A stretch of DNA of 64,000 bases from Octopus bimaculoides (Eukaryota), in contig NC_068981.1 of the NCBI RefSeq assembly GCF_001194135.2, forward strand, positions 149,971,398 to 150,035,397, read 5' to 3'. Positions 27,239 through 38,520 of this stretch are shown in pieces. The position numbers and the translations under genes were made by a program. The first letter of the stretch is position 1. Every line of letters starts with the position of its first letter. A model generated the notes under the pieces. That model was not told the origin of the DNA, ran no database searches, and worked only from the letters and a program-made list of their open reading frames with translations.

Positions 27239-29227
27239 AATTTATAATACGAATATATGAAAGTTACAGAATACCATCTAAGTTTGTTTGACCTGGCATT
27301 TATAGAGGCTGTGCAGCAGTCAGGGTGTTCGAAAACGGTTACCTACAATTATATTATACTGTGATAATTATAGAACAATTGCTTATTGATGATTGCTTCT
27401 TGATTCATGGATGCGAATTTAATTTATCTTATTTCAACAACGATTTTGCAGCAGTATCTTCTCTCAAATGTATCTCGTATATTTTCGCGTTCAGAATTAT
27501 ATTTTTCATTACTTTCGCTCATTAAATACTGTTTTTATGTTGGTAATGTATTAAAGTTTCAATAATAATATCTGAATATAAAAGAAAACTGTTTTATGTT
27601 TCGTTGAAAATACTTTTGTCGTTTAGAAGTTGTTCAATGCCGCAAGCACATTACCATACAGTTGATATTCTGGTTCACATTACTATGTCGGTGGATATAT
27701 ATTTGCAACTGACGTTATTTTGATTCGTGAAGATAACTACTGATGGTTGAGGGATATCTAATCATATATCTCTTGTTTTCTTGGCACTAAAAGTAAGACC
27801 AAATTACTTTTCACTCCAACACTTAAACTAATCAGATATTGCAAGTGTCAAATGTTGTCTGTCAGAGCGACAAAAATAAAAAATAAAAGGGAGATTATTT
27901 TCAAATCATGCAAAACACAGATCGTTACTTCTAAGCGTAGTTCCTGATTAATCACAACAGCAAAAAGGAAAAGAATATAACGTTCTTCACACTGAAGTAA
28001 CCTGAGGTTGATAAAGAAATGGAAATGGTGTTTGAGATTCATGTTTTTTTCTAAACGCATCTGCGATGTAAATAAAAGTTCCTGAACTGGGAAATGAGTC
28101 GATTTAACCTCTTTTGTCACACAAGGAATGCATTGAGTAGTTCATATTTAATCAATTTAACTTAGAAGTAGAAACGAATATCTAATGTTTAATTGGTGAA
28201 GCTATTTCGTTTGTCCATTTACTTATTTTATTGTATTATTTCAACTCTGGATTTATATATCAACAACTACATTTTGCTATCAGTCTGAAAGCTTAAGGAC
28301 GTGAAAAGATGAAGTAAAATTAGGACACAGAAATAGGCAAATGTGTCAATATTTGTTCAGTAAATTCCCTGCAAGAATCCATTGCAATGGTATTGTTTTG
28401 AAGCACGTCTGCAAAAGTCACAATGCACTTGAAATACGCTTGCTAACACTTGAAAAGCCACTATCTACTCAATAAGACTTAACTTTCTTTCGGTTCTTTC
28501 TTTGCTCTAAGTGTATTTATTCTCTGCATTATTATTTAGCATTATAATTAAAGGTCTTTATATTCCAATATTGATATGCGACTTGAAAATGTTAAATCGA
28601 TATAGCATAAACATCATCAAAATATAGTGATATCTAGTTAACTACTTACTGCAGTAAAGTGAATATGTGGTGCATTTGGAAGTTTAATTAATAAGTTATC
28701 AGAGAACATAAGATAGCGTGTAGAAATAAGGAGTTCAGCGTTTAAACAAAATTACCCTACTGTGAATAGTAAGAAGCAACGATATCAGTAGACATATATT
28801 CTCACCTTGCTTATTTCTGGTGGTGCTTTATAGTATGATACTAACTCATGCTACATTATTTTTCTGTAAGCTTATTAACAGTATGTATAGATTTTATAGA
28901 TACTAATTGGAACAATATTTCGATCTTACAGGTTGTGAGATCTAAACTACAGGAGTATTTCATTAGACAACTGTACTGTGATTATACCATACCTCTGGGA
29001 ATGCAAATGTTTAACTTATAGCGTCAACGCGATTGAAACGGCAAATAATGCGATGACATATGACCTACAACAATCTGAAAAATATAAATTTTTTTTTCTG
29101 AGAAATGGCAGAAAATCAAACACCAGCAAAAGTTTCCAATGTGATTAGTGAAGACACACATGACACATACACACACACTCACTCACTAAACAGACGCACG
29201 CACGCACACACACACATGCGGGTATGT

Positions 29228-29279
<52 letters not shown>

Positions 29280-29754
29280 GCGCGCACACACGCAAAATCA
29301 TTAATCAAGTGTTATGCATAATTTTACTTGTAATCTATTTTGTTAAGCAGCTGTTCTGAACTGAAGTAGTTTATGCCGCTGAAGAGGACAAAATTCAGTG
29401 AATCCTAATATATTTAGTCTCTGACTGTTTTGAGTTTAAGTTGTCTCTGGGGAGAATATAATGTTATGTTTTTCTTGGATGTGTATCGTTACTGTGATTT
29501 TATTCATTTGACGATTTGTTTCTCATGCCCTATAAGATATTCTTCCAAACCAGAATTTCAGTCTTTTGGAATTCCTCCCTGTCAATGTTTAGCCTTTAGT
29601 CATTGATTTGCCGTCATCTAAAAACAACCCACATTTATTTCACCGGTCTTTGAGGTCTGAGTAATCCATAGGCATCACAATTCCTCGAGACCAAGCTATT
29701 TTCCCTGAAACTTAGGAAACAAAGTAGAGGCGTGTGAACTATCCAAAATTCCTT

Positions 29755-30490
29755 TCCGCTCAATATCTTTTGGTGAATTTTGCTTTTTGGACCGTGTTTT
29801 GGTGGCTCGTCTTTGTCCAACCATCGTGCTGAACGTTTACAGTTTTTGTACTGGATCCATTTCTCATTACATGTTACAATTCGATTAAAAAATGATTCAT
29901 TTTTGTGACGAGAAAGTAGCGTAATTCTGGTTTCCAAACGTTGCTGTTTCTGATTTTCATTGAGTTCAAGTGGAACCCACTTATCTAAAATTTTAACTTA
30001 ACCGATTTGAAGTAGGTGATTCAACATTGTTTTCTTGCTAACACCAAACAACAATGATAATTCACAGGTACTTTGAGATGGATCTGACTAGACAGTGGCT
30101 TTCAGTTCGTCATTATCCAGCTTTGTTTCTGGTCGACCGCGTTGCTCATTTGTGAGGTCAAAGTTCCAGAACAAAATTTTGCAAACCAATTTGATACTGT
30201 CTGCTGTGTAATATTAGAATGAAATACTCCATCAATATTCCGAGCTGTCTGTGATGCTGTATTTCCAAAAACCAACTCATATTTCAAAACTGCACAAATT
30301 TCCGACTGATCCATTTCTAAACAAAAACACCAAAAAACGATTTATAAAGCACAAAATGCGTTAGAATAAAGAAATGCGTCAGCTTTCTAACAAAAAATAA
30401 AATCGTCAAAATATAATAATGGCGCAAAATGAGCAGCTGCCAAAGTTTACCATATACCTTACTACAAATTTCATACTTGATGACCTAATA
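29755..30490 (-). mobile_element. Second mariner remnant (different subfamily), 3'-truncated
   Basis: MDQSEICAVLKYEL...TARNIDGVF...TVSNWFAKFCSG (HTH), KWVPLELNENQK (WVPHEL motif), RIVTCNEKWIQYKN (first Asp mutated) and WLDKDEPPKHGPKSKIHQK; ITR-like TA-TTAGGTCATCAAGTATGAAATT at 30490(-). Confidence 0.9.
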
Positions 30491-30519
30491 CTTCGATCTG
30501 CGTGCGATCATTCCCTTTG

Positions 30520-30926
30520 CATAAAAGTCATGTTCTTTTCAAAATATGCCCTAAGCGGCATACGTCGCGCAAACACTTACATTCGCCCTCTTTAGGGATT
30601 CCCTGATTTCTGCTGTGATTGCTGCCTTCAGTTCACCAATCGTTTGAGGGTTCTTGTAAACATTATCCCACAGATAAAAATCTGGTGAGGTTCAACTCCG
30701 GTGAATGTGGTACCCACTCAATGTCACACTTACTGCCGATCAGTCTCTACTGAAATCGGAAATCGCTCTCTCAGCTGGGGATTCATTTTATACGTGAGGG
30801 GTGGCCCCGCCTTGCTAGAATCACTGTTCATCGCGATCTACTCCTCTGTTTCATTTTATTCACGCAGTCTTTTCAAAGTTTTGCGGGTTGTGCTTTTTTT
30901 TTTTTTTGGTGGGAGGACACCCTGTA
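30520..30926 (-). mobile_element. Internally deleted Tc1/mariner (DD37D/maT-like) remnant
   Basis: Terminus TACAGGGTGTCC at 30926-30915(-); decayed peptides *F*QGGATPH (WFQQDGATPH), ERFP, DIEWVPHSPELN, FYLW and NVYKNPQTIGELKAAITAEIRE. Confidence 0.8.
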
Positions 30927-32398
30927 TATTAGAATTTCCGGATTCGACTGTAAAATTAAGAAATTCGTTGAGGGCAATGCATGAATTTGTGGTTGGGAAG
31001 TTTACTGCATTTTGAGTGAAAGATTTCTACAATTTCCTCAGGTTTACCAAAGATTTTTGAATTGAAGTTAGATAGAGGGACATCTTGTGGAAGTCAGTTG
31101 ATGGAGCTTCAACTCCTTTTTGATTCTAAATTTAATTTATTGTCCGGTTTTAACCGCCACCTAGTTTTCGGTTGCCATTAGCAAGGTTTACTCTCTTGCA
31201 AGCAATTGAACTATGTTTCTTGCTTTTTGACCCCCAAAACCCTTAATCTTGAGACGAGTCATATGCACTGCCATCAAGAAATTGGATCACAGCAATTCAC
31301 GAATGTTTCCATGGATTTCTTTGCTACAATCAAAAATGGTCCGCAGAAATTCAAGAATGCTTCCATGGACTGCATTACTAAAATCAAAAGCTCCAATATT
31401 GATTAGACTAGTATAACGAAAACTTCATTGGAGAAGCAAAAGCAGCCTTACCATTTATCAACACCAGGAATGAATTGCCAACTTCGACAGTACTAACTCG
31501 TGGATTTGCACTTGATTCTGCATGTATCTGCATATGATCTGTGGTGTTTAATTGATTGTCTCACGTTATTTTCACCACACAAGTAACGACAACCAATTGG
31601 ATAACATGTTTGATGGTAAATAATTCGATGGTGGTGATATATTTATTAGCACTTTCTTATTGCTGAAGTCTGTTCCATATAGCTTATTAATGAATTCCAT
31701 TAATTCTCTTCCAGCATTCATTTAATTCTAATCAAGCTTAGTTTGGCAGTGTAAAAATTAGTTTACATATTCTTTTTCTACTAGAACATGAAAAACATTG
31801 CAAATGCAAGACGCCAATAATTCCAACTAACCGAAATTGTAGATAATTAAATAAACGTGAAGAAGAGAAAGTGAGAGAGAGAGGGGGAAGAAACAAAAGC
31901 GAAAAGTGCAATTAATCTTCTTTAATGACTTTATAAAGTTCTAATTAGGAATTAGTGTTGGAATTTGCGGTGAAGTATATATTGATTGGCAAAGGCATAG
32001 TCAGAATAATTACTTACGTTAAATATAAGTTTCTTGACCATAGGTACAAGGATGAAACTAAAGATATTTACAATATATTGTTCAGTACTTCTTTATTTTT
32101 ATTTATCCTTACATATACATGTTTCCCCTTTATCTGCTTCACGATTTCATCCGGTAGGTTCTCTCTCTCACATTGTCCTGGTGTCATTTCTTTCCTGTTG
32201 TTTCATTTTTATTTTATTTTATTCTTAAATTGATATAATTTGTTTACGATTAAACTATCTTAAAATCTTCGTTTCTATGTGTACATTTATATATATTTAT
32301 ATATATTAGGATCATTGTTATTAACCAGACATGTTTTACTGTTTGTGCTTTCCTCTGTCACATTTGCTAAGAAACTGTTTATTGTGCTTAAAGCTTCA

Positions 32399-32486
<88 letters not shown>

Positions 32487-32689
32487 ATTTCCCAACTTTA
32501 TTCCTTCTAATATAGTAGCACCAATATATTCTTCGTCCCTTCAAATATATCAGCACAATTATGGTTCTATACCATACTTCTACAAAACAAAATTTTTCTT
32601 CGATACTCAACAAAATATTCACACGCAACGTAGACGCTACATGCAACGTAAATATCATACGTAATCCCGAACTATACATAGTCTAGACA

Positions 32690-33340
32690 CCACCAAGGGC
32701 AACAATCAGCAGAACCATGCTCTTGGTGTCTCTTCCAACTGTAAAGCGTCTCTATTACTGCATATATCAAGAAAATACCATCGCTCCACAGAGTCTAAAA
32801 TGAGCGGTATTTAATAGGAGTTTTCCAAATGCTAGGCCTCACTACAGCCAATAATATCACATGGATACGAAAATAACATAAATAGGTTCGCATCGAAAAG
32901 CTTGGAACTTCTCGTCGTGACAAGAAAATATTTTAGGCGTAACAAATTCCTGACACACTATAATGCATAAATAAACTACACACGGGAGTGTGTTCCCATA
33001 TCAGGAACATTGCTGCATCCTGAACTATATCGATGAAAGAGACAGTTTGAATCATTAATATTAAATCACTCTCAGCCATACTCCAGCCTCTGGCCCTCAT
33101 CGCTTCTGTAATAGCCTTCGTAACTTATCTTTATTATTACTGCAACTGCCAAACCCCATTTTACTCTTCCCACTGTACACAGTTGATCTTCTTCAAAATC
33201 TCAGCAATCTGCTCCTTACACGTGTATTTTTTACAGGCATTGACTTGGTACAATTTAAACGAAACATTAACAGCATCAGTTTCTCCTGTCTCGAATTGTG
33301 TGCTGTTATCGTGGGCAATGCGCCTTCACTCAGTACTGCA
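32690..33340 (+). pseudogene. Decayed CR1/Jockey-like LINE, RT C-terminal region and 3' end
   Basis: Frameshifted peptides in the expected order: LLHISRK, LGLTTANNITW, ASKSLELL..RKYF, FLTHYNA*I, CSHI, IINIKSLSAILQPLA, YYCNC, NLLLTRVFFTGIDLVQFKRNIN. These correspond to the LGLTITSNLSW / YKAQIRPxMEYCSHIW / LQPLSHRR / WNxLP...FKRNIN motifs. Confidence 0.72.
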
Positions 33341-33379
33341 ACATCTATGGTAGATAAGTATATAACTCGTATTGCATTA

Positions 33380-33470
<91 letters not shown>

Positions 33471-34559
33471 GTATGTATATACATATATACATTACTTTAC
33501 ATTTTTTATTGAGGACCAAATATTTTATTGATATTTTCCATATTATTCATCAGAGCTAATATGTATATTTAAAGTGTGAGTGTAAGTGTATTTATATTAT
33601 GCATAGTATAATACGTGTATGTGAGTCTGTATTTTGTGCTTTTATATAACTCGAATTCAATAACATTCAACGTAGATGTATATTAATATTTATAAATATA
33701 TGTTTGCATTTTTAGATTTTGAGTCAGTCTGAAATGATGTCTTCGTATGTGTATTTGAGTAAAATAGTGATTTATTTTGTGATGGAAATAATAAAACAAC
33801 ATTTGTTATGAATAAAATTTATATAAACTATAAAACATTCATAAATATTCGGATGTGAATTATCATCAGATACACAACAATAGAAAAACACAAATTTTCG
33901 ATATGATTAAGAATAGATTCTTAGCTCTACCTTCAGGCGAAATCAACATCTTTCAGGTCTATTAGAGAAGTGTGATAGGTTACACTTGAGATATGAATAT
34001 AAGAGGATGGTGGTGATGGTGGTGGTGGTGGGTGTGGGTGGTAGGGGTGTTGCGCAGGGTACTTCAGTGTTTTATTTTTTCCTTCTCTAGAAATTATTCC
34101 GAAATCAAATTTGAGTTTGATAGTCGTTGCCTGTAAATAAATTAATAGATCTATCTACATCTATACACATTCACTACTATGCTGTCGTGACATTTACTAA
34201 ATGGCAAAGTAACATATATATATATTTTTTATTTTTCAAGTTCTTTTGTATCGCATTTTGGTAAAATATCAGCGTTTTGCAGTTTAATGGAATTTTAAAA
34301 GCATGTTACATTTTTATTCTAATCTGTTCATGTATATGCATATATGCACATACACACACACATTCATATATTCATATATAAAAACACTCATAAGTACACA
34401 TATTTTTTGTATATATGAATGTGTGTGTATAATATATATGTACATACACATTTATGTATACCTGTTACACAAACAAAAACACATTTATAATCACGTATAC
34501 AGTGATGGAACATCGTCGCACGACGATGACGATTCAGTTATTCGATAAACTGAAATACC

Positions 34560-35092
34560 TCCTTCTGAATTCACGGGAGTGGTCGAGCATCCTACAGACA
34601 CGTGTGAACTTAATGTAATTCGCAGGAAAAACTAGCGTTACCCAATGTGTGATAAACTGTACCTTTAGAATTAAAGGTACAGTCGCTCAAACTTCTTTCA
34701 AGTTTTCGTCAATGCAATTTTAGTCGCAAGGTATGGCTGAACATGAGGCTACCGTAAATGTCATTTCGCCAAGATGTCGTCGAGGGGGATCGTCCCGGGG
34801 AAAACAATTTCTCAACTATTCGACCAAACTACGCTTACAAATTCCAGCCGTCACTTGCAAGCGTATATGACCTGGTTTTTGTATCCCACATTCATTAATA
34901 GATTTTGCTGCCTATGTAGATACATGCAGATATAGATACTGTGTGAGTTCTTCCACTATTGACAACAGTGGGTTATGGAAGATATGACTCTTGAAGGGAG
35001 AGTAAGCTGCGCCAGTAACTGATCTAATGTTGAATAGACCAAGCCAACGTGAAAAGAAGTGCCTTGTTCAAGGACATGATGCTCTGCAACGT
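34560..35092 (-). mobile_element. Fragments of a third SINE-like family (34560-34690 and 35030-35092)
   Basis: CAACGTGAAAAGAAGTGCCTTGTTCAAGGACA reads TGTCCTTGAACAAGGCACTT on the minus strand, a V-/CORE-SINE-like motif. There is no second copy in the window, so the call rests on recall. Confidence 0.35.
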
Positions 35093-36021
35093 TAAAGAAA
35101 CCTTATGTATATGAACCCTTTGGAATCCATTAATATATATGCACGTGGGTGGGCATGCATTAAGGGGTTCTATACGCTGATCCAATTCTCATTTGGCACC
35201 TAGGTGCTTTAAACCATTGTTTACCGAGCTTATATTTCAGAACTAGTTTTCTAAGTTTTTCTTACGTTATCTTAAATTATTTCATAATATGTTTGTCGGT
35301 ATATTTGTAAGATGTTCTGAAGCTGCAGCAATTCTATAAGTGCAACCAGGACTTTTTATTAGTTATTACCAATTCTCTCTCAACTGTACCTGACTATTGT
35401 TTGGAGATTTCTACGTGGCTCAAAACGAACTAACTCCTGAAAACTATCTTCCAGTACATTCTTTTCTGCTACACGTTCANNNNNNNNNNNNNNNNNNNNN
35501 NNNNNNNNNNNNNNNNNNNNNNNNNNNNNNNNNNNNNNNNNNNNNNNNNNNNNNNNNNNNNNNNNNNNNNNNNNNNNNNNNNNNNNNNNNNNNNNNNNNN
35601 NNNNNNNNNNNNNNNNNNNNNNNNNNNNNNNNNNNNNNNNNNNNNNNNNNNNNNNNNNNNNNNNNNNNNNNNNNNNNNNNNNNNNNNNNNNNNNNNNNNN
35701 NNNNNNNNNNNNNNNNNNNNNNNNNNNNNNNNNNNNNNNNNNNNNNNNNNNNNNNNNNNNNNNNNNNNNNNNNNNNNNNNNNNNNNNNNNNNNNNNNNNN
35801 NNNNNNNNNNNNNNNNNNNNNNNNNNNNNNNNNNNNNNNNNNNNNNNNNNNNNNNNNNNNNNNNNNNNNNNNNNNNNNNNNNNNNNNNNNNNNNNNNNNN
35901 NNNNNNNNNNNNNNNNNNNNNNNNNNNNNTATATATATATATATATCAAATTGCTGGCTTCTGCCAAAATTTGAAACCATTATAAGAATAACAAAATATA
36001 AACACACGCACACGCACACAT

Positions 36022-36213
36022 AGCCACGGGCATGGCTGTGTGGTAAGAATATTTTGTCCCAACCACATGGTTATAAGTTAAGTCCCACGGTATGGCACTC
36101 TGGGTAAGTGTCTACTTCTATAGCCTCACGCCAACCAAAGCTCTGTGAGTAGATTTGGTAGATGGAAACTAAAAGAAGCTCGTCGGATATGTATGTATGT
36201 ATGTATGTATGTA
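36022..36213 (+). mobile_element. SINE family B with (TATG)n tail
   Basis: GGCATGGCTGTGTGGTAAGAA...CCAACCACATGGTT...GGAAACTAAAAGAAGCTCGTCGG(ATGT)n. Confidence 0.85.
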
Positions 36214-36690
36214 TAGCGATAAACATTGTTTCTCAGTATAGATACTGCTTTTGAATAGAGATTTTCTTAACGAGCTAATTTGTTTATTGCAAAATCAGTG
36301 ACTGTACGTCACTTATTTTTTAGAAGCTGGGGTGAAGTACTGCTATGTCTAGCAGCTGAGTATCCATCGTCTACAATGAGCATAATAAGGGTGATAGCTG
36401 GACTTCATAGCTGGAATATGGTAGGGATTTCTCTCCTCACTTGCAAGATATATTGAGTACAAAGTGCACTGGTAACCAGCTGCAGGAGGCGTCCACCGGG
36501 GGTTAAAACAGCACTGTCCTCCATATTTAGAGAACATCCTATTTAGATGACTATAAAAATTCCTTATTTATATGGGCACAGTTTCAAAACTGAAACAAGT
36601 AAAAGATAAAGATTATATGTGTATTTATATACATATTACATATATTTATATATATTATATAGATGCATATTTATATATGTNNNNNNNNNN

Positions 36691-36905
36691 CCACATGGTT
36701 CCGGGTTCAGTCACACTGTGTGGCACCTTGGGCAAATGTCTTCCACAATAGCTTCAGGCCGACCAAAGCCTTGTGGATAGATTTGTTTGGCAGACTGAAA
36801 CTGAAAGAAGCCCGTCGTATATATATTTGTGTGTGTTTGTCCCCGCACCACTGCTTGACATCTGATGCTGGTGTGTTTACGTCCCCGAAACTAGTGGTCA
36901 AGTAG
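36691..36905 (+). mobile_element. SINE family B (head lost in the gap) with extended 3' segment
   Basis: CCACATGGTTCCGGGTTCAGTCACACTGTGTGGCACCTTGGGCAAATGTC...AAACTGAAAGAAGCCCGTCGTATATAT, then a segment (CCACTGCTTG...GTTTACGTCCCC) shared with the 8598 copy. Confidence 0.88.
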
Positions 36906-38304
36906 AGAGAGTATGAGATGAAAAGGAAACGGGATACCAAAAGTGAGGGGTATCGACGAAACAATCAGAGAAAACCAAACATAAAGGGTGAAGAGAAAGG
37001 CAGAGAATGGGGAGGAGGAAAGGGTCGTAAAAAGAGAGGAAGAGTAGGGATATGTCAAAGGAGAGGAATGGTAGAGAAGGTTACAGAAAAAAAACGATAA
37101 GAAGATAAGAGTGTGGAGAGAGAGAAGAGCAAAAGATGGACAGTATATAGTCGCACATACACACCACCGGTCCATTAGAATGTGTACATATTCGATTCGA
37201 ATCTTTTTGTTTTATCTCGTTTCATTTTGCGATATCCCCATAATGCGATAATTACAACGTCGCATACAATAAACGAGAATTTTAAATACTGTGATTGTCG
37301 TCCAATGAACAAAACGATGTTCTCTAAACCAGATACTTAAGCTTGAATACTTAAATACACGTGAATATATATATATATATATATATATATAGCATGTATT
37401 CAAAGAACAGAAGGGCATGTTATTGTAGATACTATGAAATTTAATAGTCCTGATTGTTATGTCCTCACATCAGTTAATGGACTTCTTTATAATAAATCAA
37501 TCTAAAATAGTCCATAAATTAGTTACATTGTTGAAAGATATCGGTCAATGCCTTCTCCGGTTAACAACACTTCATGTTATTAATAAGACTTTCAGCTGCC
37601 GTCGTTTATGCGATGAAAATCCACAACTTTACAATCAACAAATTATCACCGCTTGCTTTTAACAATTTAACATTAACAGCCATTTTTCTGTATTGTTTTG
37701 ATTTATTGTATCACTTATTTATTAAGAAATGGATGTATTCTGAAATTATCCAGGAAATTAATGTTTCCACTGTAATGAGGAATGTTCTGATGTAACGATT
37801 AATTGGTGTATTGATATCATTGGTTCAAAAAAAAAAGAAGGCTCAGTATATTTGTAACTACAAAACAATTCAATGGTGTCCATAAGGATGATAAATCACA
37901 TCACACTGCTATGCAGTATTATGTTCTTAGTAGAAACCTCAGTTAATTTGCCCCAGATTTTTCATGGTATAAACTAAAAGGATTTGATATAGCTATGCTC
38001 CAAACATTAATTTAATCAATCGATTGTATATGATTATACAAATACTAACTTTGATACATTTATGTATATGGTGTATAGGAGTTTATTGTGAATGATGCTG
38101 ATTTCTTTATTTGTGCATGATTCGGTGATATACTATACTAAATCAACTATTACTCGTACATTGTCACGATAGTACTCTTAGTCTAATAAGATATATCACC
38201 ATGCAAGAAGAACCTGTCTATACTGGCTTTAAAGTAAATCGAATTGCAATAAACTAAACAAAATATTAAAACATTAGATTTTTAACTTTCAACTGTTGAT
38301 ATAA

Positions 38305-38520
38305 CCCTTTAACACTTAAACCGACCATATCTGGCCCAAAAGTTTTACGTGTTTTATGAACAAACTGGGTAGATCTGGCCTTTCATACTTACTCTAGAAT
38401 GTCATTCTAAAAACAAACAATCACATCAAAATCCTGAATCTATAAGATGATGTATGATTAATTGAAACAATGTGAATAAAAAACTTTACATGTTTGCTGA
38501 GTATTCTGTATGATCAGGGG
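38305..38520. mobile_element. Degenerate piggyBac-like MITE
   Basis: Left end (A)TAA|CCCTTTAACAC, right end ATGATCAGGGG|TTAA: CCC...GGG termini with a TTAA-like target; the TIR match is only partial. Confidence 0.45.

Noticed and set aside
29378-29410. Other hammerhead-like starts (CTGAAGAGGAC at about 29380; also CTGACGAG at about 16626 and CTGAAGAG at about 41743)
   Set aside because: No stem II followed by GAAA in register.
2282-36023. Long ORFs (180-380 aa) in the track that span N runs
   Set aside because: They are open only because N codons and (TA)/(CA) repeats contain no stops.
36901-37140. Strongly purine-skewed tracts (also 46330-46670; pyrimidine-skewed 11170-11480 and 57920-58230)
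   Set aside because: Look like decayed (GA)/(CT) microsatellites; their Lys/Arg/Glu- or Phe/Leu/Ser-rich ORFs are compositional artefacts.
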